A DNA stretch of 64,000 nt from Hymenobacteraceae bacterium (GCA_031397815.1 JANNMJ010000168.1:4273-68272); one strand, 5' to 3'. Shown: positions 24,897-35,118, counted from the first letter of the stretch. Notes: generated by a model not told the origin, from the letters alone. Translations and numbers: made by a program.

Positions 24897-25672
24897 AAAT
24901 CTTGATGGCGCGTGAGCGGGCCGCTGAAGGTGCCTTCCAGCGTCCAGGACCAAGCGCCTTGGCCGAGCCGGATGGCATAGCCCATCTCCATATACAGCGT
25001 GGTGGGCGGGAGCGACTGACCGTAATAGCTTCCAATGGTGTAGGCATAGCCGTTTCCGCCGAAAATAAATTCGTCTAGTATGTCGTAACGAACCTTCGCG
25101 ACGCGCAGAAAGCCGGTGTATGAAATGGCGCCCTCCAGCAGCGAAAGCTGCCCCTGCGCGAACTGCCGGTTGAATTTCGCGCCGAGGTAACTCGTCCTGA
25201 CGCCACCGCTTCCAGCGCTGAAAATTCCCCACTCGTTCACGCTGAAAATCCGTGAGCTTTGGCCCGAGCCAATCCCTAACATCCCCGACATATAAAGCTT
25301 GTGCGCCGCCGAGAGCCACGTATAGGCGCCCACGCCAATATCGCCCTGCCGCTCCCGGACGCCGTAGGTCTGGGTATATAAATTCCGCCCAATCGCATTG
25401 CCACCGCCAGTGGCGGTCACGAACAGGTGGTTAATCGGCGAGTAAGCCACGTAGCCCTGTACCACCGGCCGCGTCAGCCGAAAGCCTTCTGCGTCTTTAC
25501 TGATTAAGAACATCGGCAGAACGGCGGCTTGCATCTCCACTTTGCCGGGGGCTAAAATTGGGGTGGGCGGCACGTGCGGCACATAAACCCCGCAGCTCGT
25601 CGCGACGCTCAGCGCGAGGATGTACCCTAAACGGCGTAAGTTCTTTGGAAAATAGAAGAAGGACGCGTTCAT
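24815..25672 (-). CDS. hypothetical lipoprotein (paralog of 22411..23259)
   Basis: ORF 24815..25759, with ATG at 25672 giving MNASFFYFPKNLRRLGYILALSVATSC (lipobox). See the paralog alignment above. Confidence 0.7.
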   Translation of the reverse strand: MNASFFYFPKNLRRLGYILALSVATSCGVYVPHVPPTPILAPGKVEMQAAVLPMFLISKDAEGFRLTRPVVQGYVAYSPINHLFVTATGGGNAIGRNLYTQTYGVRERQGDIGVGAYTWLSAAHKLYMSGMLGIGSGQSSRIFSVNEWGIFSAGSGGVRTSYLGAKFNRQFAQGQLSLLEGAISYTGFLRVAKVRYDILDEFIFGGNGYAYTIGSYYGQSLPPTTLYMEMGYAIRLGQGAWSWTLEGTFSGPLTRHQDFYDKAELPYNTSLVAVGVVWRPGRVAR

Positions 25673-25756
25673 TTCAGTAGTGAAAGGGTCAGAAAAAGAA
25701 GAAAGAATTGAACAGCCGTTGATTCCTGCACGGCATTTTGAGCCATCATAGATACG

Positions 25757-25806
25757 CAAAAAAACCGGCGCCTCCCGCTCCGCGAACGGAACCGAAGGCG
25801 CCGGTT
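25757..25806 (-). terminator. rho-independent terminator after rny
   Basis: Stem aaccggcgcc/ggcgccggtt with a T7 tail on the minus strand. Confidence 0.7.
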
Positions 25807-25830
25807 AAGCGCGCTTTGCAGGAAGAGAAA

Positions 25831-27543
25831 TTACTTCGCGAACGCCACCGCCCGCGTTTCGCGGATGACGGTGATTTTAATCTGCCCCGGATACTGCATC
25901 TCCTTTTCAATCTTCTGCGAGATGTCGAACGAAAGCTGCTGCGCGCGGTCGTCGGTCACGTTCTCGGCATCGACGAGGATGCGTAGCTCGCGGCCCGCCT
26001 GAATGGCGTAGCACTGCTGCACGCCCTTGAAACCGGCGCCCAGTTGCTCCAGCTCGCGCAGGCGCTTGATGTAGCTCTCGGCCATTTCGCGCCGCGCACC
26101 GGGGCGCGAGCCGCTGATGGCGTCGCACGCCTGAATGATCGGCGAGATGAGGGCGGTCATCTCGATTTCATCGTGGTGGGCGCCGATGGCGTTGATGACG
26201 TCCGGGTGCTCTTTGTACTTCTTCGCCAGCTCCATGCCGATGATGGCGTGGGGCAGCTCCGGCTCCTCGGTGGTCACTTTGCCGATGTCGTGCAGCAGCC
26301 CGGCGCGCTTCGCGAGCTTCACGTTGAGGCCCAGCTCAGCGGCCATCGTGGCGCAAAGGTTTGCCACTTCGCGGCTGTGTTGCAGCAAGTTCTGGCCGTA
26401 AGACGACCGGAACCGCATCCGCCCGACCATCCGAATCAGCTCCGGATGCAGGCCTCCGATGTTGAGGTCGATGCACGTGCGCTCCCCAATCTCGGTGATT
26501 TCTTCGTCGATATTCTTCCGCGTTTTCGCCACAATCTCCTCGATGCGGGCCGGGTGAATCCGGCCGTCCTGCACGAGGCGATGGAGCGAAAGGCGCGCTA
26601 TCTCGCGCCGGACAGGGTCGAAACCGGAGATGATGATGGCTTCCGGCGTATCGTCGACGATGAACTCAACGCCCGTCGCCGCTTCCAGCGCCCGGATGTT
26701 GCGGCCTTCGCGCCCGATGATTTTCCCCTTTACGTCATCCGACTCGATGTTGAACACCGACACGCAGTTCTCGATGGCGTGCTCGGCGGCGGTCCGCTGG
26801 ATGGTCTCTACCACCACTTTACGGGCGTCTTTGGTGGCCGTGAGGCGCGCTTGGGCCAGCGTATCCTTCACGTAGCTGGTGGCCTTCATCTCGGCTTCCT
26901 GCCGAATGTTCTCCACAAGCTGCTCGCGGGCTTCGTCGGCGGTCAGCCCCGCGACGGTTTCGAGCTGAGCATTGATGCTGGCGCGCTCCTCGACGGTCGC
27001 GGCGATGGCGGCGTCCAATTCCGCCTGCTGCTCGTCGAGCTTGGCGAGCTGCTTCTCGTGGCGGGCTTGAAAATCAGCTTGTTGCTTGTCGGCGCGGGCC
27101 TGAAGGGTGATTTTCAGCTCATCGAGCTCGGTCTCGCGGCGGGTAGCGGCTTCGAGCTGCCGGGTAGTCTGTTCGAGCTGCTTCGCCACGAGCTGCTCCT
27201 GCTGCCGAATCTTCTCCTCCGCCTGAACAACCCCCGCTTTCCGGCCCTTGATGTCTTCGTCGAACTCCGCCTTCATCCGCAGGTATTTCTCCTTGCTGGC
27301 TTGCTGGCGCTCGGTAATCTGCTGGTCGGCGCGGGCGATTTTGTCCTGCGCCTGCTGTTCGGCCTGCGTGGCGGTGGTGGTGGCGCGGGTTTCGGCGTCC
27401 GCCAAAATCTGTTGCGCCCGCTGACGCGCCTGACCTTCGAGGTCGGCGACGGCGCTTTGGGCGCGGGCGCGACCGATGAAAAAGCCTGCCGCCAGCGCCA
27501 CAAGCGCCACCAGCAGACTGGTAATCAGAGTTATACTGTCCAT
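25831..27543 (-). CDS. rny: ribonuclease Y
   Basis: 570 aa with an N-terminal TM helix, a long coiled coil, a KH domain ([19 protein letters not shown]) and an HD domain ([17 protein letters not shown]). Confidence 0.95.
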   Translation of the reverse strand: MDSITLITSLLVALVALAAGFFIGRARAQSAVADLEGQARQRAQQILADAETRATTTATQAEQQAQDKIARADQQITERQQASKEKYLRMKAEFDEDIKGRKAGVVQAEEKIRQQEQLVAKQLEQTTRQLEAATRRETELDELKITLQARADKQQADFQARHEKQLAKLDEQQAELDAAIAATVEERASINAQLETVAGLTADEAREQLVENIRQEAEMKATSYVKDTLAQARLTATKDARKVVVETIQRTAAEHAIENCVSVFNIESDDVKGKIIGREGRNIRALEAATGVEFIVDDTPEAIIISGFDPVRREIARLSLHRLVQDGRIHPARIEEIVAKTRKNIDEEITEIGERTCIDLNIGGLHPELIRMVGRMRFRSSYGQNLLQHSREVANLCATMAAELGLNVKLAKRAGLLHDIGKVTTEEPELPHAIIGMELAKKYKEHPDVINAIGAHHDEIEMTALISPIIQACDAISGSRPGARREMAESYIKRLRELEQLGAGFKGVQQCYAIQAGRELRILVDAENVTDDRAQQLSFDISQKIEKEMQYPGQIKITVIRETRAVAFAK

Positions 27544-27643
27544 AGAGGAGCTATCTTCTGGACCGTGCCCAGTTGGCGACGGTCAGTGAACGGGTAGGAA
27601 GACAGCAGCGGGGGTCAGCCGCGCGCGGACGGAATGACCAAAC

Positions 27644-28066
27644 TCAGGAACCGGGTAACGATAACGACGACGCTGATGCTGACGATTTTCCTCCTCCGCT
27701 ACTTCCTCCTCCTACTCCTCCGCCACCTCCTCCGCCACCTCCTCCGGTGCCAAGGCCGCTACCCGACGTAGGCCCCGTAGAGGCCGTCAGGAGCAGGTCG
27801 TGCAAGTGTTCGAGGCGCTGGTGCATCCCCGAGTCGGCGGCTCCCACGCGCTCTTCCGCCAACAGGCGCTCCACGACGGATTCGAGCGCAATCATCGACA
27901 GCAGATACTGCTGGTCGGAGAGGCCGTATTCATCGCGAAACTGTTTGATTCGCTCGTTGAGCAACCGCCCCGCCGTCCGAAACCGCGCTTCTTCCCCTGC
28001 ATTCACCTGCATCGGGAAATCGCGGTCCGCGACTTTGATATTGATCTTGATGAGCGAGTCGGCCAT
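27644..28066 (-). CDS. zapA: cell division protein ZapA with Gly-rich C-terminal tail
   Basis: ORF 27644..28177 with ATG at 28066 (MADSLIKINIKVADRDFPMQV..). ZapA-like core, with a tail of GSGLGTGGGGGGGGGGVGGGSSGGGK. Confidence 0.8.
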   Translation of the reverse strand: MADSLIKINIKVADRDFPMQVNAGEEARFRTAGRLLNERIKQFRDEYGLSDQQYLLSMIALESVVERLLAEERVGAADSGMHQRLEHLHDLLLTASTGPTSGSGLGTGGGGGGGGGGVGGGSSGGGKSSASASSLSLPGS

Positions 28067-28190
28067 CGAGCGGTAATGAGCTGGAGTAAGCGGGCAGCCG
28101 GGCTGCGAAAATTCGGCGAATGAGGGAAGACGAGGCAAGTGGTGCATTCCGAGCCTTCCCGGGGGAAGCCGACGCACCGAGCGTTATGCG

Positions 28191-28511
28191 TTAATCCTTG
28201 AGGTAAGCGATGCAACGCTCGATCTCGCGGAGATAGTCGTTGATTCTGAGTTTCAATTCCGTCGCGGCGGCAGGGTCCGCTGCGATACTGCCAGCAATTT
28301 TAGTGATATTCTCCTGATTCTGAAAATTATCCAATCGATCTTCCCGTTCAGCCAATCGGTCTTCGAGCTCGCGCACCCGCGTCTGCGCCACTCCGAGCTG
28401 GGCGCGCAGAGCGGCATGTTCCGCCAACAGCACGCTTACGCGCTGAGTAATGACATCGAGCAACGGACCGGTTTCCACTGAAAACGAACGGAATAAGTCG
28501 CAAAAGGACAA
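28191..28511 (-). CDS. hypothetical coiled-coil protein upstream of zapA
   Basis: 106-aa ORF with heptad-rich LRAQLGVAQTRVRELEDRLAEREDRL, co-oriented and adjacent to zapA. Confidence 0.55.
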   Translation of the reverse strand: MSFCDLFRSFSVETGPLLDVITQRVSVLLAEHAALRAQLGVAQTRVRELEDRLAEREDRLDNFQNQENITKIAGSIAADPAAATELKLRINDYLREIERCIAYLKD

Positions 28512-28605
28512 CTTTCAGCCTACGAGCTTCTCGCTGGGTTGCTGAACTGGTGCGAATTTCGGGAAAAATACCCGTAATACGGTTAACTCGTCTCAAGATA
28601 GCGCC

Positions 28606-29403
28606 ATGGACCCCATAACCTCCGCTCAAAATCCGCGTGTCAAGCGGCTGCTGCGCCTCCAACAGAAGGCCGCCGACCGCCGTGAGGAGAACCTGACGCT
28701 CGTGGAAGGGCTGCGCGAGCTGACCATTGCCGCGCAGGCGGGCATCGAGATTGTCGAGCTTTACCACTGTCCGGCGCTCCCGAACGCGGCCTCCGCCACC
28801 GAGCTGGCCGCCCTCCGCGTGCCGCCCTCGCGGACGTGGGAGCTGGCCGCCATTGCCTTCGAGCGCATCGCGTACCGCGACGGCTCCGACGGCGTCATCG
28901 CGCTCGTCCGTCCGCCCACCCGCACCCTTGCTGACCTGCGGCTGCCCGCTAACCCGCTCCTCCTCATCGCCGAGGCCGTGGAAAAGCCCGGCAACCTCGG
29001 CGCGCTCCTCCGCACGGCCGATGCCGCCGCCGTCGATGCCGTGGTAGTGCTGGACCCGCGCGCTGACGTCTGGAGCCCGAACGTGATTCGGGCGTCCATC
29101 GGGTGCGCTTTCACGCGGCCGTTGGTGGCGTGCGGCCGCAATGAAGGCTTCGAGTGGCTGAAAACCCACGGCATCCGCACGTTCGCCGCCGCGCTCACCC
29201 CCCAAGCCCGCCCTTACACCGCCGCCGATTTCCGTGGCCCCACCGCGCTCCTGCTCGGCACCGAAGCCGATGGCCTGACGCCGCAAACTCTCGCCCGCGC
29301 CGACGAAACCATCATCATTCCAATGCGCGGCCTCATCGATTCGCTCAACGTGAGCGTCGCGGCGGCTGTGCTCACGTTTGAGGCGGTGCGGCAGCGGGGC
29401 TGA
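28606..29403 (+). CDS. TrmH/SpoU family RNA 2'-O-methyltransferase
   Basis: 265 aa with SpoU motifs (AEAVEKPGNLGALLRTADAA; LLGTEADGL; IPMRGLIDSLNVSVAAAV). Confidence 0.85.
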   Translation: MDPITSAQNPRVKRLLRLQQKAADRREENLTLVEGLRELTIAAQAGIEIVELYHCPALPNAASATELAALRVPPSRTWELAAIAFERIAYRDGSDGVIALVRPPTRTLADLRLPANPLLLIAEAVEKPGNLGALLRTADAAAVDAVVVLDPRADVWSPNVIRASIGCAFTRPLVACGRNEGFEWLKTHGIRTFAAALTPQARPYTAADFRGPTALLLGTEADGLTPQTLARADETIIIPMRGLIDSLNVSVAAAVLTFEAVRQRG

Positions 29404-30163
29404 CTCGTGCTAGCCCAGTCTGGCACGACGCCAGCACCGGGCACCGCCCACACGCCGGATGCTGGAAAAAGCAGCATTTCTGCCCGTGAAACATCAGCGC
29501 TTCGTGGTGGTCGTACACGGCTTGCGCGTCCCAGTCGGGCGGCAGCAGCGCGGCCAGCTCCGCGTGCGCTTTCCCTTCGCCCACTTTCGGTCCAATCAGC
29601 CCCACGCGCTGCGCCACCCGATGATGGTGACTATCGACGGGCATCGCGGCGATGCGTAAGTCGCTGAACAGCAACGTAGCGGCGCTCGTCTTCGGCCCCA
29701 CGCCGGGGATCGTCTCCAGCCACGCGCGGGCTTCGGGAATCGGTATATCGGCCAGAAAATCGAGGGCGCACGGCGGGCGGTTTTCGTCGCCGCACCGGCG
29801 GCTGATTTCGTGCAGCACCGCCTGAATGCGCGGCGCTTTCTGCTCCGGCCACGTGCAGGGGCTGATGAGCGCTTCCACGGTGCCCACGGGCGCATCGCGC
29901 ACGTCGGCCCAAGTCGGCAGGGCCGCCCGAAGCTGCTGGTACGCCCGGTGCGATTCCGCATTGCGCGTTCGGTGGCTCAGCAGCGCGCTAATCAGCTCAG
30001 AGAGTGGGTCTTTCGTGCTGAAAAACCGGAAGGGCGCGCCGTATTCCGCCCCCAAGCGGGCGTGTAGCCAAAGGGCCATCGCGCGTTTCTCGGCGGTGGT
30101 GGCGGTGGGGGAGAGGGGCGCCGGAGCAGGCAGCAGCGCAAGCGCAGGTTGAGCATCGGGCAT
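29372..30163 (-). CDS. endonuclease III-like HhH-GPD DNA glycosylase with 4Fe-4S cluster loop
   Basis: ORF 29372..30211 with ATG at 30163. It has the HhH motif IPGVGPKTSAATLLF and the C-terminal Cys cluster CCFFQHPACGRCPVLASC. Confidence 0.8.
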   Translation of the reverse strand: MPDAQPALALLPAPAPLSPTATTAEKRAMALWLHARLGAEYGAPFRFFSTKDPLSELISALLSHRTRNAESHRAYQQLRAALPTWADVRDAPVGTVEALISPCTWPEQKAPRIQAVLHEISRRCGDENRPPCALDFLADIPIPEARAWLETIPGVGPKTSAATLLFSDLRIAAMPVDSHHHRVAQRVGLIGPKVGEGKAHAELAALLPPDWDAQAVYDHHEALMFHGQKCCFFQHPACGRCPVLASCQTGLARVSPAAAPPQT

Positions 30164-30288
30164 TTCCCCAAAACGCCGAACGAGCGCCCGGGTTTTCCCG
30201 TCGGGGCACAACCTGCGGCCCTAGTTGGCCGTTTGGGCGCATTCGTCTTTGAGTACCTGCAAACCCCTTTCTTTCACTTCCTGATCTT

Positions 30289-31140
30289 ATGCCCCAGCCA
30301 TTCCCAATCCTCGCCAGCATGTTAGGTACCGCCTTGTTGCTGAATCTGTTACCGGCGTTGCCTACCCGCGCGCAAGCGTCAGACACGCCGCCCTCGCCGT
30401 ACCACACGTCATGGAAAGTGGATGCGCCGGTGACCGTCGCCGGAACGGCCTTGTCGTATTGGGGCCTCACCATTCTCAACAATAAAAAAGGCCTCACCGA
30501 AGCGCAGGCGCTGGCGCTCCAGAAGTCAGATGTGCCGAGTTTCGACCGTTTCGCCGCCGGTAACTACAATCAATCGGCGAATCAGACGTCCAACTACCCG
30601 TTTTACCTATCGTTCGGGCTAGCGCCCGTTCTGATTGCGATTGACCCCGCGATGCGCGGGCATCGCGGGCAAGCGGCGTTGCTGTATTTCGAGACGATGT
30701 CGGTCGTGGGCGCGGCGTTCACCCAAACCGCCGGACGCACCTTCCGCAACCGCCCGCTCACGTACGGCGCCGACGTGCCCATCCGCGAAAAGACGCGTCG
30801 CAACACCGAGAACTCGTTTTTCGCGGGCCACACGGCTTCCGCTTCGGCCGCAGCGTTCTGCTTCGCGAAGCTTTACAATGACTACCATCCCGATTCCCGC
30901 GCCCGGCCGTGGGTGTGGGCCGGAGCGGCCGCGATCCCCGCCGCCGTGGGCTATTACCGCCTGGAAGCGGGCAAGCACTTCCTCAGCGATAACCTGATTG
31001 GTTACGCCGTCGGGGCCATCATCGGCGTTGGGGTGCCGCAGCTTCACAAGGTGGCCGCGCAGCACAACATCGGGCTGCATCCGGCGGCTTTCCCCAACGG
31101 GGCGGCGGGCGTGGCGCTCACGTGGAAACCGCGCTCGTAG
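30289..31140 (+). CDS. PAP2 superfamily phosphatase
   Basis: Signal peptide plus PAP2 motifs SFFAGHTA and YRLEAGKHFLSDNLIG. Confidence 0.8.
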   Translation: MPQPFPILASMLGTALLLNLLPALPTRAQASDTPPSPYHTSWKVDAPVTVAGTALSYWGLTILNNKKGLTEAQALALQKSDVPSFDRFAAGNYNQSANQTSNYPFYLSFGLAPVLIAIDPAMRGHRGQAALLYFETMSVVGAAFTQTAGRTFRNRPLTYGADVPIREKTRRNTENSFFAGHTASASAAAFCFAKLYNDYHPDSRARPWVWAGAAAIPAAVGYYRLEAGKHFLSDNLIGYAVGAIIGVGVPQLHKVAAQHNIGLHPAAFPNGAAGVALTWKPRS

Positions 31141-31159
31141 CGCCGCCGCACGGGCCGGT

Positions 31160-31858
31160 TTACTGCGCTACGGCCGGCGCCGGATTGCTCGGGGTTTCTT
31201 TCTTGAAGATGTAGCCGCCGAACTTAGCGCCCCACACCTGCACGCCCTTCTCATCGAACCCACGATCCCAGGAGATGAGCTGTTTTGGGGTGATGGTGAC
31301 GTCGGTTTGGGCGTATTTGGCGCCGCGCAGGCTGCTCAGGCAGTCTTGCCCGACGGTGGCGCCCCGGAACTCCTTCTTGCCGCTCTTGCGCATCACCACG
31401 CTGCACCCTTGCCGCGCAAGCAGCGAGTCGGGGGTCAGCCCAGCCAGTGGCTTTTCCTGTTTCCATTGGCCCGTGAAGCGCAGCGGGGTGGCCAGCTCGT
31501 ACACCACGCTCTCGATCTTGCCGTCTTCCTTGCGCGCCCGCAGGTGGTACACGCGCTGCCGGTAGGGCCGCTGCTGCGCCGTGGCGGTGGCCTGCTCGAC
31601 GTACAGATAGATGCCCTCGCTCTCGGGGCGCTCTTTCCAGATCCGGACGATGTGGAGCCGGATGTCGAAGTACTCTTTGTCGTTGGCGGCCTGCTCGGCC
31701 GAGTGGTAATTGCCTTCCATCATCTTGGCCAGCTGCCGGATGAGGCGCTCTTTCCCGAACGAGGTATTGACTGCGGAAGCCGATTGAGCTTCTGCCGTCA
31801 GGGGGCGCAGCGCGAGCAAAGTCAACGCGCAGAAGGGTAGGAGTAAGCGATTCAGCAT
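31160..31858 (-). CDS. CpcT/CpeT (DUF1001) family protein, secreted
   Basis: ORF 31160..31978 with ATG at 31858 (the upstream part overlaps the typA terminator). YLYVEQA....QRPYRQRVYHL and WDRGFDEKGVQVWGAKFGGYIFKK match the CpcT/CpeT pattern. Confidence 0.7.
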   Translation of the reverse strand: MLNRLLLPFCALTLLALRPLTAEAQSASAVNTSFGKERLIRQLAKMMEGNYHSAEQAANDKEYFDIRLHIVRIWKERPESEGIYLYVEQATATAQQRPYRQRVYHLRARKEDGKIESVVYELATPLRFTGQWKQEKPLAGLTPDSLLARQGCSVVMRKSGKKEFRGATVGQDCLSSLRGAKYAQTDVTITPKQLISWDRGFDEKGVQVWGAKFGGYIFKKETPSNPAPAVAQ

Positions 31859-31934
31859 AGAGTTTTGAAGGAAGTGAAGAGAAAATGAGCGATTACGGTG
31901 CGCTAAATGTAACCGCCGCCGGGGTTGAGTAACG

Positions 31935-31979
31935 CAAAAATGCCGTTCAAATGCCGAAAAGCGGCAAATGAACGGCATT
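31935..31979 (-). terminator. rho-independent terminator after typA
   Basis: Stem aatgccgttca/tgaacggcatt with a T5 tail on the minus strand. Confidence 0.7.
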
Positions 31980-32018
31980 CTTCTATGGTAGTCAGCTCGG
32001 CGTCAGGCGCCGGGAAGC

Positions 32019-33836
32019 CTATTCCTCGCGACCGCCCAAGCGCTTGCGCTCGTTCTCGTCGAGGTAAATCTTACGCATCCGCACGGCTTTCGGGGTCACT
32101 TCCAGATATTCGTCCTTCTGGATGTACTCCATCGCTTCTTCGAGCGAAAACTGGCGTTTCGGCGCAATTTTCACGTTCTCGTCGTTGCCCGAAGCACGCA
32201 TGTTCGTGAGCTTCTTGCCTTTCTGGATGTTGATGGTCAGGTCGGAAGGGCGGGTGTGCTCGCCGATTACCTGCCCGCCGTACACTTCCTCGCCCGGATC
32301 GACGAAGAACGTGCCGCGATCCTGCATCTTGTCGATGGTGTAAGCCGTGCCGGGGCCAGCTTCCATCGAAATCAGCGAACCGGAAATCCGGCCCGGAATC
32401 ACGCCTTTGTACTCCTCGTAGCGCACGAACCGGTGGTTCATGATGGCCTCACCGGCCGTCGAGGTCAGCACGTTGTTACGCAGACCAATCAGCCCGCGCG
32501 AAGGGATGTTGAATTCGAGATGTTGCAGGTCGCCTTTCGGCTCCATAATCGTCATCTCGCCTTTCCGCATCGAAACCAGCTCGATGACTTTACCCGCCGA
32601 CTCTTCCGGCACATCGACCACCAAATGCTCGATAGGCTCCATCCGTTGGCCGTTCTCATCTTCCTGGAAGATGACCTGCGGCTGACCGACTTGCAGCTCG
32701 TAGCCCTCGCGGCGCATCGTCTCGATCAGTACCGACAAGTGCAGGATGCCCCGGCCAAATACCACGAACTGGTCCTCACGACCGGTTTCCTCGACGCGCA
32801 ACGCCAAGTTCTTCTCGGTTTCCTTGAAGAGACGGTCGCGCAGGTGGCGGCTGGTGACGAATTTACCCTCTTTCCCGAAGAACGGCGAGTTATTGATCGT
32901 GAACAGCATGTTCATCGTCGGCTCGTCAATCGAGATGCGCGGTAGCGGCTCCGGATTCTCGAAATCGGCGAGCGTATCGCCAATCTCGAAGCCTTCGATG
33001 CCCGTAACGGCGCAGATATCACCCGCGCTGACGCTCTCTACTCTCACGCGGCCCAAGCCTTCGAAGACTTGCAGCTCCTTGATTTTCACCTTCTTGATGG
33101 TGCCGTCGCGCTTGCAAAGGCTCATATTGGCGCCTTCACGGATGACGCCGCGCGCCACCCGACCAATAGCAATCCGACCGACGAACGACGAGTAGTCGAG
33201 CGACGTCACCTGCAATTGCGGCGTGCCTTCGACGAACGGCGACGGCGGAATAACATCCACCACGGCCTCGAACAGGGCGATGATGTTATCGGTCTTCTGC
33301 TGCCAATCGCGCGACATCCAGCCCTGCTTCGACGACCCGTAAAGGGTCACGAAATCGAGCTGATCTTCAGTCGCGTCAAGGTTGAACATCAAATCGAACA
33401 CCTGCTCGTGGACTTCGTCCGGCCGGCAGTTCTCTTTATCGACTTTGTTCACCACCACAATCGGCTTCAAGCCGAGCTGGATGGCTTTGCTGAGCACGAA
33501 GCGCGTCTGCGGCATCGGGCCTTCAAAGGCGTCGACGAGCAGAAGCACGCCGTCGGCCATTTTCAGCACCCGCTCCACCTCACCACCGAAGTCGGCGTGA
33601 CCAGGAGTGTCGATGATGTTGATTTTTACGTCTTTGTAACGAACCGAAACGTTCTTCGAGACGATAGTGATACCGCGCTCACGCTCCAAGTCGTTGTTGT
33701 CGAGGATCAGATCGTCGAAGTGCTGGTGCGCATCGAAAATCTTCGACGCGTGGATGATTTTATCGACCAGCGTGGTTTTGCCGTGGTCGACGTGGGCGAT
33801 AATGGCGATGTTGCGAATGCTGCCGGGGCGCTGCAT
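32019..33836 (-). CDS. typA: translational GTPase TypA/BipA
   Basis: ORF 32019..33881 with ATG at 33836. IRNIAIIAHVDHGKTTLVDK, DTPGHADFGGEV and NKVD are present, and length and C-terminal domain fit BipA. Confidence 0.95.
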   Translation of the reverse strand: MQRPGSIRNIAIIAHVDHGKTTLVDKIIHASKIFDAHQHFDDLILDNNDLERERGITIVSKNVSVRYKDVKINIIDTPGHADFGGEVERVLKMADGVLLLVDAFEGPMPQTRFVLSKAIQLGLKPIVVVNKVDKENCRPDEVHEQVFDLMFNLDATEDQLDFVTLYGSSKQGWMSRDWQQKTDNIIALFEAVVDVIPPSPFVEGTPQLQVTSLDYSSFVGRIAIGRVARGVIREGANMSLCKRDGTIKKVKIKELQVFEGLGRVRVESVSAGDICAVTGIEGFEIGDTLADFENPEPLPRISIDEPTMNMLFTINNSPFFGKEGKFVTSRHLRDRLFKETEKNLALRVEETGREDQFVVFGRGILHLSVLIETMRREGYELQVGQPQVIFQEDENGQRMEPIEHLVVDVPEESAGKVIELVSMRKGEMTIMEPKGDLQHLEFNIPSRGLIGLRNNVLTSTAGEAIMNHRFVRYEEYKGVIPGRISGSLISMEAGPGTAYTIDKMQDRGTFFVDPGEEVYGGQVIGEHTRPSDLTINIQKGKKLTNMRASGNDENVKIAPKRQFSLEEAMEYIQKDEYLEVTPKAVRMRKIYLDENERKRLGGREE

Positions 33837-33878
33837 CAGAGGGGAGCTAAAACTGAGTACGTTCTGATTTTCAGGCCG

Positions 33879-33886
33879 CAAAGGTA
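33879..33886 (-). promoter_or_regulatory. -7 box TACCTTTG for typA
   Basis: Exact TAnnTTTG match 43 nt upstream of the typA ATG. Confidence 0.5.
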
Positions 33887-33999
33887 CGGTTTTCGTGCCG
33901 GGCAGCCTAACTCGGCGGCAACACTGCTGTAAGGAATCGCGTTCGGCAACGTCTGATACTGTGCGGAAAGCCTCCGTTTACCATCCGTTTCTCCTACCC

Positions 34000-34527
34000 A
34001 TGAACTCCTTGAAGTCGCTCATTCTCACCCCCCTGCTGAGCACCCTTTTGTTGCTCTCACTGGCCGCCTGCGGCCAAACCGACCACCCAACCGCCCGTCA
34101 GCCGACCCTCGTAAAGACCGACGCCGAGTGGAAAAAACAGCTTACGCCGGAACAGTACAACGTGCTGCGCGAAAAAGGTACCGAGCGCGCGTTTTCCGGC
34201 GACCTCTGGGACAATCACCGCGCCGGTACCTACTACTGTGCCGCCTGTCGGCAGAAGCTTTTCGCCTCTGACACCAAGTTTGAGTCCGGCACCGGCTGGC
34301 CCTCGTTCTGGGCGCCAGTGGATAAAAAAGCCGTCGCCGAAAACACCGATAACGCCTACGGAATGAAGCGCACCGAGGTAGTTTGCGGGCGGTGCGGCGG
34401 TCACTTGGGCCACGTTTTCGAAGACGGTCCGAAGCCGACCGGCCTGCGCTATTGCATGAATTCCGCCGCCCTGTCGTTCGAGCCAAGCGCCAAAGCCGCC
34501 AAAGCCGCTGCGCCGACCAGCAAGTAA
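34000..34527 (+). CDS. msrB: peptide-methionine (R)-S-oxide reductase, secreted form
   Basis: ORF 33895..34527 with ATG at 34000 giving a signal peptide. It has Zn Cys pairs CAACRQ / [12 protein letters not shown] and RYCMNS (catalytic Cys). Confidence 0.9.
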   Translation: MNSLKSLILTPLLSTLLLLSLAACGQTDHPTARQPTLVKTDAEWKKQLTPEQYNVLREKGTERAFSGDLWDNHRAGTYYCAACRQKLFASDTKFESGTGWPSFWAPVDKKAVAENTDNAYGMKRTEVVCGRCGGHLGHVFEDGPKPTGLRYCMNSAALSFEPSAKAAKAAAPTSK

Positions 34528-34562
34528 AAACCAGCCTTTTTGCTGCGCTTCACGTACATCCG

Positions 34563-34606
34563 ACCGGCTCGGGCGCCCAACAGCGCCGGGGCCGGTTTTT
34601 CGTTTT
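34563..34606 (+). terminator. rho-independent terminator after msrB
   Basis: Imperfect GC stem accggctcgggcgc/gcgccggggccggt followed by TTTTTCGTTTT. Confidence 0.6.
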
Positions 34607-34655
34607 CAACGAGCCGCCGATTTTCTGTTTCTCTCGCCTTATCAGTTCAACTCCG

Positions 34656-35006
34656 ATGAAACGTCCCGCGCTTCTTTCCCTAATAATCGTCGGGCTGCTG
34701 AGCGGCTCGGTCGGCTGCTCGAATATGCAAGTCGCTACCGGTGAGCGAATTGTGCCGATGGGCGCCCCCGGCTCGCAAACCGCCCCCATTAATTCCGACG
34801 CCGACCGTCAAGCGATTTATAATCAGTCCGGGCAGGGCGTTATCGTCCCCGATGCCACGCCGCGCTCGGTGCCGTTAAATGAGCAGGTGAGCGAGATAAA
34901 TAACCGCAAGCTGCCCGACGTCCCCGCCAATCAGTCGACGAACATCACCCCCGAAACGCGTTCGCAGCAACAAACGCCGCAGCCGCAGCTGCTTCCCCGG
35001 CCTTAA
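34656..35006 (+). CDS. small hypothetical lipoprotein
   Basis: ATG at 34656 within ORF 34383..35006. MKRPALLSLIIVGLLSGSVGC is a lipobox, and the remainder is low-complexity Q/P-rich. Confidence 0.55.
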   Translation: MKRPALLSLIIVGLLSGSVGCSNMQVATGERIVPMGAPGSQTAPINSDADRQAIYNQSGQGVIVPDATPRSVPLNEQVSEINNRKLPDVPANQSTNITPETRSQQQTPQPQLLPRP

Positions 35007-35118
35007 TCTTCGCCCTTCGGGTGAGCGATTTATTGTCTTTACAGACAATTAGTTACGTTTCGCGTTAGCTAATTCGTGCCGACTAAAGCGCCGGACTTTC
35101 CGCACCGATTCCCTAAAA

